Source: a virus
Taxonomy: Duplodnaviria; Caudoviricetes
Virus record (IMG/VR): IMGVR_UViG_3300023179_000123
Span: 1 to 58,516 of that record
Reading direction: 5' to 3' (one strand)
Length of the DNA stretch: 58,516 nucleotides
A model generated the notes under the pieces. The model was given only the letters and a program-made list of their open reading frames with translations, was not told where the DNA came from and searched no databases. This document shows, piece after piece, positions 28,067-38,358 of this stretch (positions are counted from its first letter, which is position 1; every line of letters starts with the position of its first letter). The translations under genes and the position numbers were made by a program.

Positions 28067-31060
28067 TTATGATATTGTTATAACTACATTACTAGATTTT
28101 TCAGCAACAGATGTTGTTTCTTTTACTATTTTAGAAAATTGTGCAAACCCTGCAGGGTGTAGTATATTATTAACAGTATCATTCCAAACTGATGAATCAA
28201 GTTTAGATGATATTTCATACGCAAATGGTTGATATTTAACAGGGCCTTCTTCAGTACTAGCTTTCGCCCTACCTTGTACTACCGTCAAATCTGATAATAA
28301 ACTATCCTGCTTATTCCATTTTCCTAAGTATGTTCCTATTACACCGGTGGATAAAGTAAGATTCGCTTTTTTACTTTTCAATATAAAAAGATATCCAGAT
28401 GTTGTGGATGGATAAGACGCACTAATGTCTGCAGTGAAGATAGTATTATCAGCGGTTATTACGTCAGAATCTGCATAGATTATTATATTTCCTAGAGGGG
28501 CACTGGCAACATCTATTGTAAATTTATTTCTTGCGGGTATATCGTTAATTTGATAAACGCTATATTCTTGAGATGCCGCCCGTTGTATTTCCTGTAAATA
28601 ACTAGCAGAATTTCCAGTAAACCTTATTAATACATTATCACCTGCATTCAAATCATGCTCATAAGACAACGTAGCATATAATACATTAGCATTGGAAGTA
28701 TAATAAGAACCACGAATTTTTACATTAGGTGTATAAACTGTAGCCTCAGGTATTGAATTAACTATGTAAGTTAAATTTTGCAAGTTAGCAAAAATATTAG
28801 GATTCACATTACTTACTGCTACTTTATTCCCTTCTATATAGTTACCTCTAATAGTAACAAATTTAGATGCCGGCCATGGATTATTTGTAACAGGTTCGCC
28901 ACCTGCATTCATAAACTCAATACCATATTTTTGAGTTTTAGCGTTCCCTTGTCTAGTGTCGCCTATGTAATTATCTATAATATATAAATTGGAAGTGCCA
29001 TCGAAAGCAATACCAGATTTGCTCCAATACTGAGGATTAATACTTATGCTAGTATTAGCACCATTATTGTATACTATACAATTGGCTACTGTAATGTTAT
29101 TAGAAAATCCTTCAGTTCTAATTCCTGTTAATCCATTATTATAAGTTACACATCTAGTAATAATAACATTTTCAGCTCTTAAATCTATACCCGACTCACT
29201 ATTACCAAAACATACAGCGTCTACAATAACAATATTCCCAATATTAGCAGAATAATTGCCATAGATACCAGCAGCACCTAGAGCTCCGCCTAGTGATGGA
29301 TAAGTGACTTTACCATTATTATAAAATCTACCACCATACACGTAGTTGCCACTTGTACCAAATATAAATCCATCTAGATCATTATTAGTACTTTCACAAT
29401 TAATATAATAATGATTTCCTACAGCTCCAGAATTTGATGCTCCGTTCCATAATCCAGATTTGACATTCCCGCTATTTTCCACCTTAACATTTTTGGCAAG
29501 ATTATGTGTTGAATCAGAAAATCCTAATCCTATACCGTATACGTTCGATACTAATACATTATCAACAATAATATTATTTGAAAGATACGTTAAAATACCA
29601 TAATTATCTTGATTCGCAACATTAGCAAAACTTTTATTTCCATCAACCTTTAAATCGGCAATATATACGTTTGAATTTAAAACGTTTCTAATAGCAAGAT
29701 TTGAAATTCTAGAAATATTACTACTTTTCTTTAATATTGTGGCAATGCCAGCACCAAATACAGTAACATTAGATGGGATATCTATATAATTAGATAAAAT
29801 ATACGTTCCTGAAGGGATATAAACATTTGCCCTACCAATAGATGTTGCCAATGTGCCTGCAGCATTAAGTGCTGATTGTATTGCACTATCATCTATAGTT
29901 ACACCATCTCCTGTTGCATTATATGGAGCTGATTTAACATTTATGGATTGAGAAGCTAAAACCGAAGGTATAAAGAAACCAGAGGGTATTGGGAATGAAT
30001 TAGGTTGAGTATAATTAGGCAAAGAAAAACCATTTGCCTTTGGAGCAAAGTATACTAATTTTGCTTCTTGTATAGCACCAAAATTACTAAGATCTCCATT
30101 ATCCTGTATCTTAGTTACTATACCTTTTCCTTTATATCCCTTACTATCTATGTAAATATCATCATTAATTTGATAACCAAATCCACCATCTATTATGTTA
30201 ATTTTAGTTAGAGTACTAAATGGTCTAACAAAACATGTCGATGTTTCACCTACAACAAATGTATCAAACTCGACCTGCCTTCTAGTGAAAATATTTCTAT
30301 CTAACAAATCAGTCCAGTAATCTACTCCAGCAGTTTCGCCTGTCCTCTTAAAATATGTAATATATAATTCTTTAACAAAATTTCGGTTGTTTCCTTTGAA
30401 AGAATACGCCAACCTTTGATCGTCAACTGATGTTCTTGTAACAAGTTTGGATCCCGCCACTAATTCATCCACTAGAAAATTTCCATCAATACTACCTGGT
30501 TGTATTAATAGTTCAACCACATCTAAGTTATTATCATTGTGTAAAGTAACTTCTATCACAGTGGCTTGCGCGGTGGATACCTGTCCCTTGATTCTAGTAT
30601 TTTTAAGTATAAAAGGATCTCCACTTATAAGGTATGCTTTAATTACCTTTGGCTCATTCCAATTTCCATCAGATGCCTTCAGAACATAATCATACGGTTT
30701 TTTTACTTCTACGTCTACACCATATAATATTCGAAACAAATACTTAAAGGATAAATTATTGCCTTTTGATTTAAAAAAATCTCTTAAATATTTTATTACT
30801 ACTTTTTTATTAGCAACAATTTCTAAAGGCAATCCGGGCCCATAGTTTTGTAAAAATACATTAATTAACGAATCTATAGTATTATCGAGGTCATGATATT
30901 TAACAGAATTTTGTAATAATTCTTGTGCGTATTCATCTTGTTCTAGATATTCATAGTATCTTTCTAAGAACGTTACAAATGTGGGATAATCCTCTCTTAT
31001 AAATTCGGGTAGTTGGGATGATACCCTGGTCGATATTCTTTCTGTTATTCTATTAATCAT
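28067..31060 (-). CDS. gp7: Baseplate wedge initiator gp7-like, with DUF4214-like and pectate-lyase-type beta-helix inserts
   Basis: QLPEFIREDYPTFVTFLERYYEYLE, FFKSKG...LFRILYG...VLKASDGNW; C-terminal YQPFAYEI...LHPAG; lies between gp6 and gp8. Confidence 0.7.
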   Translation of the reverse strand: MINRITERISTRVSSQLPEFIREDYPTFVTFLERYYEYLEQDEYAQELLQNSVKYHDLDNTIDSLINVFLQNYGPGLPLEIVANKKVVIKYLRDFFKSKGNNLSFKYLFRILYGVDVEVKKPYDYVLKASDGNWNEPKVIKAYLISGDPFILKNTRIKGQVSTAQATVIEVTLHNDNNLDVVELLIQPGSIDGNFLVDELVAGSKLVTRTSVDDQRLAYSFKGNNRNFVKELYITYFKRTGETAGVDYWTDLLDRNIFTRRQVEFDTFVVGETSTCFVRPFSTLTKINIIDGGFGYQINDDIYIDSKGYKGKGIVTKIQDNGDLSNFGAIQEAKLVYFAPKANGFSLPNYTQPNSFPIPSGFFIPSVLASQSINVKSAPYNATGDGVTIDDSAIQSALNAAGTLATSIGRANVYIPSGTYILSNYIDIPSNVTVFGAGIATILKKSSNISRISNLAIRNVLNSNVYIADLKVDGNKSFANVANQDNYGILTYLSNNIIVDNVLVSNVYGIGLGFSDSTHNLAKNVKVENSGNVKSGLWNGASNSGAVGNHYYINCESTNNDLDGFIFGTSGNYVYGGRFYNNGKVTYPSLGGALGAAGIYGNYSANIGNIVIVDAVCFGNSESGIDLRAENVIITRCVTYNNGLTGIRTEGFSNNITVANCIVYNNGANTSISINPQYWSKSGIAFDGTSNLYIIDNYIGDTRQGNAKTQKYGIEFMNAGGEPVTNNPWPASKFVTIRGNYIEGNKVAVSNVNPNIFANLQNLTYIVNSIPEATVYTPNVKIRGSYYTSNANVLYATLSYEHDLNAGDNVLIRFTGNSASYLQEIQRAASQEYSVYQINDIPARNKFTIDVASAPLGNIIIYADSDVITADNTIFTADISASYPSTTSGYLFILKSKKANLTLSTGVIGTYLGKWNKQDSLLSDLTVVQGRAKASTEEGPVKYQPFAYEISSKLDSSVWNDTVNNILHPAGFAQFSKIVKETTSVAEKSSNVVITIS

Positions 31061-32900
31061 TTCTAGCTACTATAGAATAAGCAATTCCTTTAGCTACATT
31101 ACTTACCGAATCTTCATTGGAATCATCTAGTACTAATATTTGTGCTTTATCTACTAAGATATCATAATAACCTGGTTGTAAATCGGCGTTTATTTTCAAA
31201 TTAGTTTGTCCCGACAAATAACCATCTGGCGAAATGGCTGTTATTTCTATATCTCCGCTATAATAATATACTTTGCCTATATTGTCTAATATCCTAGTAC
31301 CTGTTAGATAATTAAATAATGCCAGTGTGCCTGTCCCATTATTGTCAGGAATAGTGGAATCCGGGATATCTTTTATGACGCAACGTATTACTAATGTATT
31401 GGTTGTGACAGTAAATACTGAAGAATATATAGAATTTGGCAGTATTCTGTTATTAAATTTAATAATGTTATTTCCGTAATAGGTATTAACAGTATTTAAA
31501 ACAGGAGTTAATCTTTTTTGCAACTTTGGTACTATTGTGCATCCAAATATAGACGTATCTATATCGATTATATTGTTTAATAATTTTACTAAATAAAAAT
31601 TTAAATTAAATTTTTGTAAATTTAATCTAAAATATTCTTTTAATGCATTATCTGTGAAATTTTGAATTTGAACAGCAGATAAAGTGGTTAATTTTGGATT
31701 GTATTTTACTTCTACACTAAATCCTACGTAAATATATTCAGGATCAATAAATTCCGGCGTCAATCCGACTATTTGTTTAGTACTTAACAAATTATTTTTT
31801 ATATCATTTTTAACAGCATCGCTAATTACGTAACCGGTGAATGGTTTTAACGATATAATTACTTTACCATATTTAGGAGGCACATTATTTTCGCCGCCCC
31901 AAACCGAAACAGATTCAGCATATGGATAATATTGAAGAATTAACGTTTTATAATCATCTACAGTTACTGCTCTGTCAAGAGTTGCATATGCTTTGGGCGC
32001 ATTAAATTTTAATTCAGTAATCGTTTCTCGTACAGCTCCGCCTGTTGAATTACTCACTGTAGTAACAGTTACGGTTCCTCCCCCTATTGTTCCCCCGAAT
32101 GAGAAAGATTGGTCTAATACTGATGAATAATTAGCAGATGCCCCGAAAGATACAACATAATATATTGTTACTATATTTCCAGCTGATAATTTTTTGCCTA
32201 AAATACCATCACCAAAATAAATTTCATATTTTCCTTTAGTGTTTTCCTCAAGAAAAAATACTTTAGAATCTCCATCTATAGATAAAATACTAGAAACTTT
32301 TGTATATGTTGTAGTAGTAATATTGGTGGATGATTCTTGTACAGTAACATACAAGGAATTAGTGTCGATATCTAGATTAGGTATTTCATATTTTTCGTTG
32401 GGGCCTGGGTCGATAACATTAAACTTAAAAGATAAAGGAGACCCCTCTATAATTGTGACATTTTCAAATATGTAATTTCCATTTAATGGATTTATAGTAA
32501 CAGGATCAGTATTTACAAAGTTAAATGTTGTATCATCTATAGATGTAGTAAACTGAGAATATCTTGGTAATGTTAATGAAACAGGAGCCCCAGCCAAATT
32601 TGTTACTGTAATATCTACTACAGCGCTTGCACTTTTTATTGATCTAGGTAGATATCCAAATAATTTAGCAATAGAAACTACAGACTGTCTTTTAACTGCG
32701 GAATCAATAAACATCTCATTGGCAAGCATATTTGCCAAATATGCGTTGTAATGTGTATTATAAGATAATATATCCAATAATACCGACATAGTAGAACCTT
32801 CAAAATCATAATCTGTAAATTCAGATTGAGATTTTAAATAATTTTTAAGATTACTTTTGATAGCATCAAAGTCTAATTCTGCTATTCTAAGATTAGCCAT
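31053..32900 (-). CDS. gp6: Baseplate wedge subunit gp6
   Basis: ELDFDAIKSNLKNYL...DYDFEGS; YFGDGILG; RAVTVDDY; VWGGE. Confidence 0.93.
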   Translation of the reverse strand: MANLRIAELDFDAIKSNLKNYLKSQSEFTDYDFEGSTMSVLLDILSYNTHYNAYLANMLANEMFIDSAVKRQSVVSIAKLFGYLPRSIKSASAVVDITVTNLAGAPVSLTLPRYSQFTTSIDDTTFNFVNTDPVTINPLNGNYIFENVTIIEGSPLSFKFNVIDPGPNEKYEIPNLDIDTNSLYVTVQESSTNITTTTYTKVSSILSIDGDSKVFFLEENTKGKYEIYFGDGILGKKLSAGNIVTIYYVVSFGASANYSSVLDQSFSFGGTIGGGTVTVTTVSNSTGGAVRETITELKFNAPKAYATLDRAVTVDDYKTLILQYYPYAESVSVWGGENNVPPKYGKVIISLKPFTGYVISDAVKNDIKNNLLSTKQIVGLTPEFIDPEYIYVGFSVEVKYNPKLTTLSAVQIQNFTDNALKEYFRLNLQKFNLNFYLVKLLNNIIDIDTSIFGCTIVPKLQKRLTPVLNTVNTYYGNNIIKFNNRILPNSIYSSVFTVTTNTLVIRCVIKDIPDSTIPDNNGTGTLALFNYLTGTRILDNIGKVYYYSGDIEITAISPDGYLSGQTNLKINADLQPGYYDILVDKAQILVLDDSNEDSVSNVAKGIAYSIVARND

Positions 32901-33301
32901 TATCTTACTCTATTAATTAGCGTGGTTAACTTTATTGGTTCTACTCTATTTTGTATTCTAAACTCTAAAGTAACTTGAATAGAATTTGCGTCTTCTTCGG
33001 TTAAAATTTGAACTCTATCTAATATAACTCTAGGTTCGAATTTTTTTACTGTATTGAAAATAGTCTGTTCCATGACCCTTTTCATTATCGGATCATAATT
33101 TTCAAACATTAGATAATACAATTGACAACCTATTTCTGGATGAAAGGGGCGCTCATAATTTTTAGTTAAAATTAAATTACGTAAGGAAGCCTTAATAGCT
33201 TCTTCGTCAAATTTTTTGGTAACATCCGCGGTTGCTGGATTTTTAGTAAATACTAAATTTAAATCTGAAAATTGCCTAACTTTTCTGTTAATAGTTGCCA
33301 T
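32900..33301 (-). CDS. gp25: Baseplate wedge subunit gp25
   Basis: AIKASLRNLILT...ERPFHPEIG...FEPRV. Confidence 0.93.
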   Translation of the reverse strand: MATINRKVRQFSDLNLVFTKNPATADVTKKFDEEAIKASLRNLILTKNYERPFHPEIGCQLYYLMFENYDPIMKRVMEQTIFNTVKKFEPRVILDRVQILTEEDANSIQVTLEFRIQNRVEPIKLTTLINRVR

Positions 33302-33558
33302 TAATTTGCCAATACGTTGGTTGAACCACCTGTACTATCAGTTTTCATAGAGTCATTCCTACTATCTCTATCTCCTTGTCGACAAACCCTCTTGCCACCA
33401 ACAAACACTGTAGAACTTCCCTCGACCATTCTATCCCCTCTTGTATCAAGATCATTCTCAACTAGTATCGGTTGACCGTTAACAAGAACTGAAGTAATGC
33501 TACTTATTTTAGTATCATTACGAGTATCTTTGTCACCATTTCTAGATATACCAGGCAT
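33301..33558 (-). CDS. PAAR-like spike tip protein (gp5.4-like)
   Basis: 85 aa with three pseudo-repeats, VLVNGQP, GSSTVFVGG, GSTNV; lies between gp5 and gp25. Confidence 0.8.
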   Translation of the reverse strand: MPGISRNGDKDTRNDTKISSITSVLVNGQPILVENDLDTRGDRMVEGSSTVFVGGKRVCRQGDRDSRNDSMKTDSTGGSTNVLAN

Positions 33559-33569
33559 TTTATTATTTA

Positions 33570-35909
33570 TTATGCTAGTTGTGTAAGTCCATCGCCGTAT
33601 TTGGCGTGATTGTTGAATGTCATAACTTGATTACGTCTTTGTTTTGGATTCACTGAAATATGTATCCAAGGATTATTTGTAGTAGAAGCGTATTCAAGTA
33701 ACAATTGGTCGTAATTTAAAACTTTAGCTAAAGCATTAGCTATTTTAAAATATTCCTTTTTACTGACACCTTTGAATTGAATATCAACTGCCAATCCTAG
33801 TGGATGTTGTGATGTTGCAGCTGAGCCTGCAGCGTATCTAAATCCAGAAGTTATATACATATTAGGATAAAGTTTCAATACTGGTTCACATATATTTAAA
33901 GCAACTGCTTGTAGGTTATACAATATTTCACCGTAACTTAATCCTCTCTGGGCAGTTAATTTAGCAGCACTAACTGCTGCTTTAGATGATAACATTGCCA
34001 AAGTAAAATTAGGTGATAATTGGAAATTATCTGGCGCAACTGACAATTTCTTCAATTCATTACTTGGCATAATAAAATCAGTTACTCCTGTTCTAGGAGA
34101 CTCTGATTCTAATCCAACAACAGGATCCTCGAATCTTTCTTGTTGAACTACACCAGCACAAATAGCATTGTTTTTTGTCTTTTCTATTTCTTCTTGGCTA
34201 GCACCAGGTTCTTCCGCAGTTAAACAATATTTATCTCGTAATGATAATGTTTGCGGATCATCAAGTTCAATATAGTTGATATCTTTTCTACCTTCAATCA
34301 ATCCAGCAAAAGAATTGTTTGCATTAGCAGCGTTGGCAGACCTTGAGGCATCAACGGACCCAGCAGCAGGAGTAGTTGGATTAAACTCTATTGGATTGGC
34401 GGTCACATAAAATTTATTTGCTTTTTGATATATTGTATCGCCTGTTTCTCTGTAAGAATTACTAGTAATTTTCTCAAATAATTCATCTGATGTCTCATAT
34501 AATGAACCGTCTACATACACATGCTTATCTATACCAACTTCTTCATATGAATTTTTAATAGTTTTATAATAACTAACATTAGAAGTATTATAAACAGTAT
34601 TAGATAATAGATGTAGATTACCTTCACTTTCTACATTTATTGTAGTATTAGATAATATATGCATTTCATTATCTGCTTCAATATAGACATTTGCACTTCT
34701 AATACTAACACTTTCAACTGCGGACAAGTTTAAAGTGCCGCCTGCTTGAGCAGTAATATCATTGTGGCATGTGATATTAGTGTCGCCCTCTACTTCAATG
34801 TTTGCGTCATTGCCAACGTAAATATTACAAGCACCATTAACTGAGATATCTGTTCTACCTGCTATAGCAATTTTACCATTACGATCTATAATCTCATAAC
34901 TAGAGCCAACTGCTCTTTTTACTACTGACCCATTTGCATCTATTTCAATAAATGTGCCAGATTTATGATATACATGTAATCTTTCTGCGCCTGGAGTGTC
35001 ATCTATTTCTATTATATGACCAGCTTCAGTTTGAGTAACTTTATTATATGGATATTCGCCTTTATATGGAGATTCCGGTTGATCCCATGCATCCCCACCG
35101 GGCAACTTGGCACCCCTCATTCTATTTTTATTCTTATCCTGAACAACTGTTCCTTGAGCATCACCTGTAGCCAACTTATTGGTATCTGGTTTTCCCTTAT
35201 ATTCCTGCGTAGGATAAGTTGCGGTTGGATCAGTGAATCCTTTTCTAGATTCTTCTAATTTTACTTTATTACTATCATTTAAAACATTAAATTGTTTTAC
35301 TTGAGTTAAGGTTTGTGTTGCTTGCGCATCATTATAGGTTTGTGTATATGACTGTATAGCTTGTGATGTATTTCCGCTGCTAAAAAGATTAACTGCGGAT
35401 TGTATAACAGGATTAACTACTGTACCTTTAGAAAATACACCATTAGAATAATTATTTAAAGATGCGGTAACAGATTGAGAAATAACTGGGAGTAAAGAAT
35501 TAATCAATCCATTTTTAATATTACCCAAACCTAAAATATTTTGTACGTCTTTAGGCGCATTGAATGAGATTAAATTATTCAATTCTTTTGTAGCAAGTCC
35601 AGATACTTGATTAGTAATACCTGGAGTCATTACTGGACCTAGAACGTTAGTAACGCCGGTTGGTCCTAAATTTCTTGATACTAAATCTAATGGATTATAT
35701 GGACCTACTGCACTTGCTGGTATTTGATTTAAATTTTTATTCCCCTGCGCAATTGTTTGATTAACAATTGTAGATGCTAGATTATTGGCAATACTGCTAA
35801 GTGATAGATCCATAGCTCTCGCTTGAATGGGAGAGACATTATAACTTGTCAAAGACGAAGTTAATGAATTTAGTATATTTATTTTTAGTGTGTTAGTTAT
35901 GTCGCTCAT
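33570..35909 (-). CDS. gp5 C-terminal half: beta-helix spike plus peptidase M15-like domain
   Basis: YPYNKVTQTEAGHIIEIDDTPGAERLHVYHKSGTF; C-terminal ITSGFR...SQHPLGLAVDI...WIHIS. Confidence 0.85.
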   Translation of the reverse strand: MSDITNTLKINILNSLTSSLTSYNVSPIQARAMDLSLSSIANNLASTIVNQTIAQGNKNLNQIPASAVGPYNPLDLVSRNLGPTGVTNVLGPVMTPGITNQVSGLATKELNNLISFNAPKDVQNILGLGNIKNGLINSLLPVISQSVTASLNNYSNGVFSKGTVVNPVIQSAVNLFSSGNTSQAIQSYTQTYNDAQATQTLTQVKQFNVLNDSNKVKLEESRKGFTDPTATYPTQEYKGKPDTNKLATGDAQGTVVQDKNKNRMRGAKLPGGDAWDQPESPYKGEYPYNKVTQTEAGHIIEIDDTPGAERLHVYHKSGTFIEIDANGSVVKRAVGSSYEIIDRNGKIAIAGRTDISVNGACNIYVGNDANIEVEGDTNITCHNDITAQAGGTLNLSAVESVSIRSANVYIEADNEMHILSNTTINVESEGNLHLLSNTVYNTSNVSYYKTIKNSYEEVGIDKHVYVDGSLYETSDELFEKITSNSYRETGDTIYQKANKFYVTANPIEFNPTTPAAGSVDASRSANAANANNSFAGLIEGRKDINYIELDDPQTLSLRDKYCLTAEEPGASQEEIEKTKNNAICAGVVQQERFEDPVVGLESESPRTGVTDFIMPSNELKKLSVAPDNFQLSPNFTLAMLSSKAAVSAAKLTAQRGLSYGEILYNLQAVALNICEPVLKLYPNMYITSGFRYAAGSAATSQHPLGLAVDIQFKGVSKKEYFKIANALAKVLNYDQLLLEYASTTNNPWIHISVNPKQRRNQVMTFNNHAKYGDGLTQLA

Positions 35910-36991
35910 GCTTTTATTAATGATAATAATTTTTGTTTTTCGCTACGGTATCTTGTTCTAACACCTGCTTTAATTGAATCGTTGCTAGATTTGAATAAAG
36001 TATCAACACTTGCTATTTTATATTCAGAAACTACTTCAACGATTTCTTTATCAGTTAATTCTGCCTTATCTTTTAACGGCACGGTAAAAACACTAGTTGC
36101 GTTAGGACCCAATTGAACCGCAGTAGACCAAATTAAATCTTGAACAGCAGGACCAAATTTACTAACTAATAATCCTTTTCGTTCTAAATTAGCGACCATC
36201 ACATCATAATATTTTTCTTTAATATACGTATGTTGGTCATTTTTGAACGCTTGTGTATTTTTACCTGCTATTTCTTTCCATTTATTATCAAAAGCCGAGG
36301 TGCCCGGAACTAAATCAGTAAATTGATCTTTGAATTTAGAATATCTTAAATATTGTACTACAGGCGACACTTTCGCATTAGGTCTCGCTTTACCGTTCGA
36401 CATAACAGCAGGTAAATAAGATGCGAATTGGTATGTACCATAAGAAGCACCACCGAAATCTCCTTTGGCAGCTCCATTATAATCATTGATAGTTCCAGGA
36501 CCTTTGCCGCCCGATTCATATTGTTCTGAAGTTTGGCCAAGCTCCCACCCTTCAACTTGCGGTACCCCTGATCTAATTGGTTCGCCTTGACTATCCGTTA
36601 CCACATTGCCTTGCGAATCTTTTAATATTCCATCATTTTTATTTTGTACAGATTCTTTTTCATCAGGAGATAGAAAAGACTTTGGAGGAGTATTAGTAGC
36701 AATAGTACCCAACATTGCAAGTTGTTGCATATCCTCGCCATCTAGGAAAAATCCGAGTACCCAAGTTCCAGTTACAGGACCTAATGGTGTTGATCCTATT
36801 CCTGATATACCTGCAGATGTTATAGGTTGAATTGGCAAAGCCCAAGGCAAATCTTCAGTTGGCAATACTTCCTTATTATCTGTATGGTATCCAAATATTC
36901 TAACTCTACATCTACCTAATTTTTCAGGGTCCATCCTATCTTCAACGACCCCGATCCACCAGATAAATCCATCTTTACTAAAAATTCTCAT
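35906..36991 (-). CDS. gp5: gp5 N-terminal half: OB-fold plus VgrG3-type lysozyme-like domain
   Basis: WWIGVVEDRMDPEKLGRCRVRIFGYH...LPWA; SEQYESGG..GPGTI...GGASYGTYQ...WSTAVQLG. Confidence 0.85.
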   Translation of the reverse strand: MRIFSKDGFIWWIGVVEDRMDPEKLGRCRVRIFGYHTDNKEVLPTEDLPWALPIQPITSAGISGIGSTPLGPVTGTWVLGFFLDGEDMQQLAMLGTIATNTPPKSFLSPDEKESVQNKNDGILKDSQGNVVTDSQGEPIRSGVPQVEGWELGQTSEQYESGGKGPGTINDYNGAAKGDFGGASYGTYQFASYLPAVMSNGKARPNAKVSPVVQYLRYSKFKDQFTDLVPGTSAFDNKWKEIAGKNTQAFKNDQHTYIKEKYYDVMVANLERKGLLVSKFGPAVQDLIWSTAVQLGPNATSVFTVPLKDKAELTDKEIVEVVSEYKIASVDTLFKSSNDSIKAGVRTRYRSEKQKLLSLIKA

Positions 36992-38352
36992 CGACCAATA
37001 CCTCTAGATGCTACAGGTTTTAAATTATCTTTAACTACCTCACAAACCATTTTATGTTCTGATTTTTTTATCATATGATGTATCGCAGTTATAATATAGT
37101 ATCCTGAATATAAAGGATCTTCATATTCTTGTTCTGTTGTAGCATCATCTGTAGGTTTTAGTCCAGGAAAACTTAAATACATTTGCGACCCAACTTCTAC
37201 ATCTGTTCTGCCACTTATTGTAATATTCAATCTGAATTGAAGTAAATCTAAAAGATTTGATCTTCTATTTCCATAGATATCCTTCATCTTTTCATTTACA
37301 TTATCGTTAAATCCAGTAAATAATTTTGGTTGCACAGGATAAAAAGATATATTAGTTAAAGGATTTCTTATAATTTCTTCAGACTCTAAACTAAAAAATG
37401 GGGAGGGGTTAGCGTCCAAATGTGCATAATCAAAATATTTTTGGGTATGATCGTAGTCTACAGGGTCATAAATTTTATTATTTAAATCCAATGTTATAAG
37501 CCTATTTGCCAAATAACCATTGGTGTAATTTTTAAATATATCTAACCCATCTATCTGAGAAAAATTGTTAATAATAAATAATTCTTTACCAATATCTACA
37601 CTCGATGATGCTCTTATATTAGGTACTGCTAAATTATAGGTCCCGAGATATAGTTTATTTTTTCTAGCAGTTTCAAAAAGATATTCTATAGTAGTTAAAT
37701 AGAATGATTTATTTGATTCGAAGAAAAGAAAACTACATGCTTTGCCTTCAGCTGGAATTGCTTTAGATGCAAGCCATTGTATAATTTTAAAGGGAGTCCA
37801 TCCTGGACTTATAAATTTTACTTTATTCTTTGTTTCTACTAAAATTCTTAATTCTGAATTATCAAGTTCTTTAGCGATTTTTTCGGAAGTATCTAATTCC
37901 ATATTTTGAGAAATATAATTAGAAAATATTTCTCCAATGACATCGCTTATTAATCCTTCAAATTTTTTAAATATAGGAAGATTTACATCATATATTATTT
38001 CTGCGGAAACAAAATTTAATGTATATACTTGTGTATTTTTATCGCGTACTACTGATCTATTTTCTATACCTACTATTCTAAACATCTTTTTAATTTTTTG
38101 CTCAAATGAGGGAGTAACAACTTCAAGTAAAAGTAATTCCTCTCCCACAATGGGCAAAATTTCAATAAGGTTTCTGCTATCTGATAAGGTTATTTTTCCT
38201 CGCAAACAAGGTCTATAAATGTCCTCATACAAATTCAATTCCAAAAAGTAATCATCTAAATCAATTAGAACACCTGTTGAGCTAAAAATTTTGACAGTCT
38301 TGATATAAACATCACCAGCTTTCTCTAATTTTTGCGTATGATCTTTATCCAT
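36988..38352 (-). CDS. Baseplate hub protein (gp27-like)
   Basis: LNLYEDIY...G.ITLSD...LPIVGEE; FLFFES; YSGYYIITAIHH; lies between gp53 and gp5. Confidence 0.7.
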   Translation of the reverse strand: MDKDHTQKLEKAGDVYIKTVKIFSSTGVLIDLDDYFLELNLYEDIYRPCLRGKITLSDSRNLIEILPIVGEELLLLEVVTPSFEQKIKKMFRIVGIENRSVVRDKNTQVYTLNFVSAEIIYDVNLPIFKKFEGLISDVIGEIFSNYISQNMELDTSEKIAKELDNSELRILVETKNKVKFISPGWTPFKIIQWLASKAIPAEGKACSFLFFESNKSFYLTTIEYLFETARKNKLYLGTYNLAVPNIRASSSVDIGKELFIINNFSQIDGLDIFKNYTNGYLANRLITLDLNNKIYDPVDYDHTQKYFDYAHLDANPSPFFSLESEEIIRNPLTNISFYPVQPKLFTGFNDNVNEKMKDIYGNRRSNLLDLLQFRLNITISGRTDVEVGSQMYLSFPGLKPTDDATTEQEYEDPLYSGYYIITAIHHMIKKSEHKMVCEVVKDNLKPVASRGIGR

Positions 38353-38358
38353 ATTAAA

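Noticed and set aside
35900-35930. Programmed frameshift joining the gp5 halves
   Set aside because: No clear X_XXY_YYZ site, and the second ORF has its own coupled ATG (ATGA overlap)
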